Of a DNA stretch of 64,000 bases, positions 63,991 through 64,000 are shown piece by piece. A program made the position numbers and the translations under genes. The stretch is from contig NC_043010.1 in NCBI RefSeq assembly GCF_006345805.1, positions 20,088,001-20,152,000 of the forward strand. The letters run 5' to 3'. The notes under the pieces were generated by a model. That model was not told the origin of the DNA. It saw nothing but the letters and a program-made list of their open reading frames with translations, and made no database searches. Source of the stretch: Octopus sinensis. Lineage: Eukaryota. Every line of letters starts with the position of its first letter. The stretch's first letter is position 1.

Positions 63991-64000
63991 TCATTTGGTC

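Overview
AT-rich, repeat-saturated animal genomic DNA. The SINE families, the RTE-type tails ending in (GAT)n and the microsatellite load point to an Octopus/cephalopod genome (inferred from repeat style, not from a search). One host gene is supported: a minus-strand multi-exon coiled-coil gene at about 1.1-6.3 kb with EABR-like and UBAN motifs (TNIP2/ABIN-2-CEP55 family). The rest is mostly mobile DNA: a Merlin transposase remnant with two long-TIR MITEs, a decayed CR1/L2-like LINE, a pogo-family transposon with a C-terminal PHD finger and an LTR-like insert, Gypsy remnants, a near full-length HERO-like RLE retroelement, RTE fragments, a Helitron Rep/helicase remnant, Penelope-like pieces, hAT/Tc1/piggyBac-type MITEs and many SINEs. 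The most unexpected signal is five type I hammerhead ribozyme motifs. Two lie sense-oriented in introns of the TNIP2-like gene, and one of these sits in a 313-bp element flanked by a 41-bp direct duplication. All calls were made by eye, without database searches or folding software.
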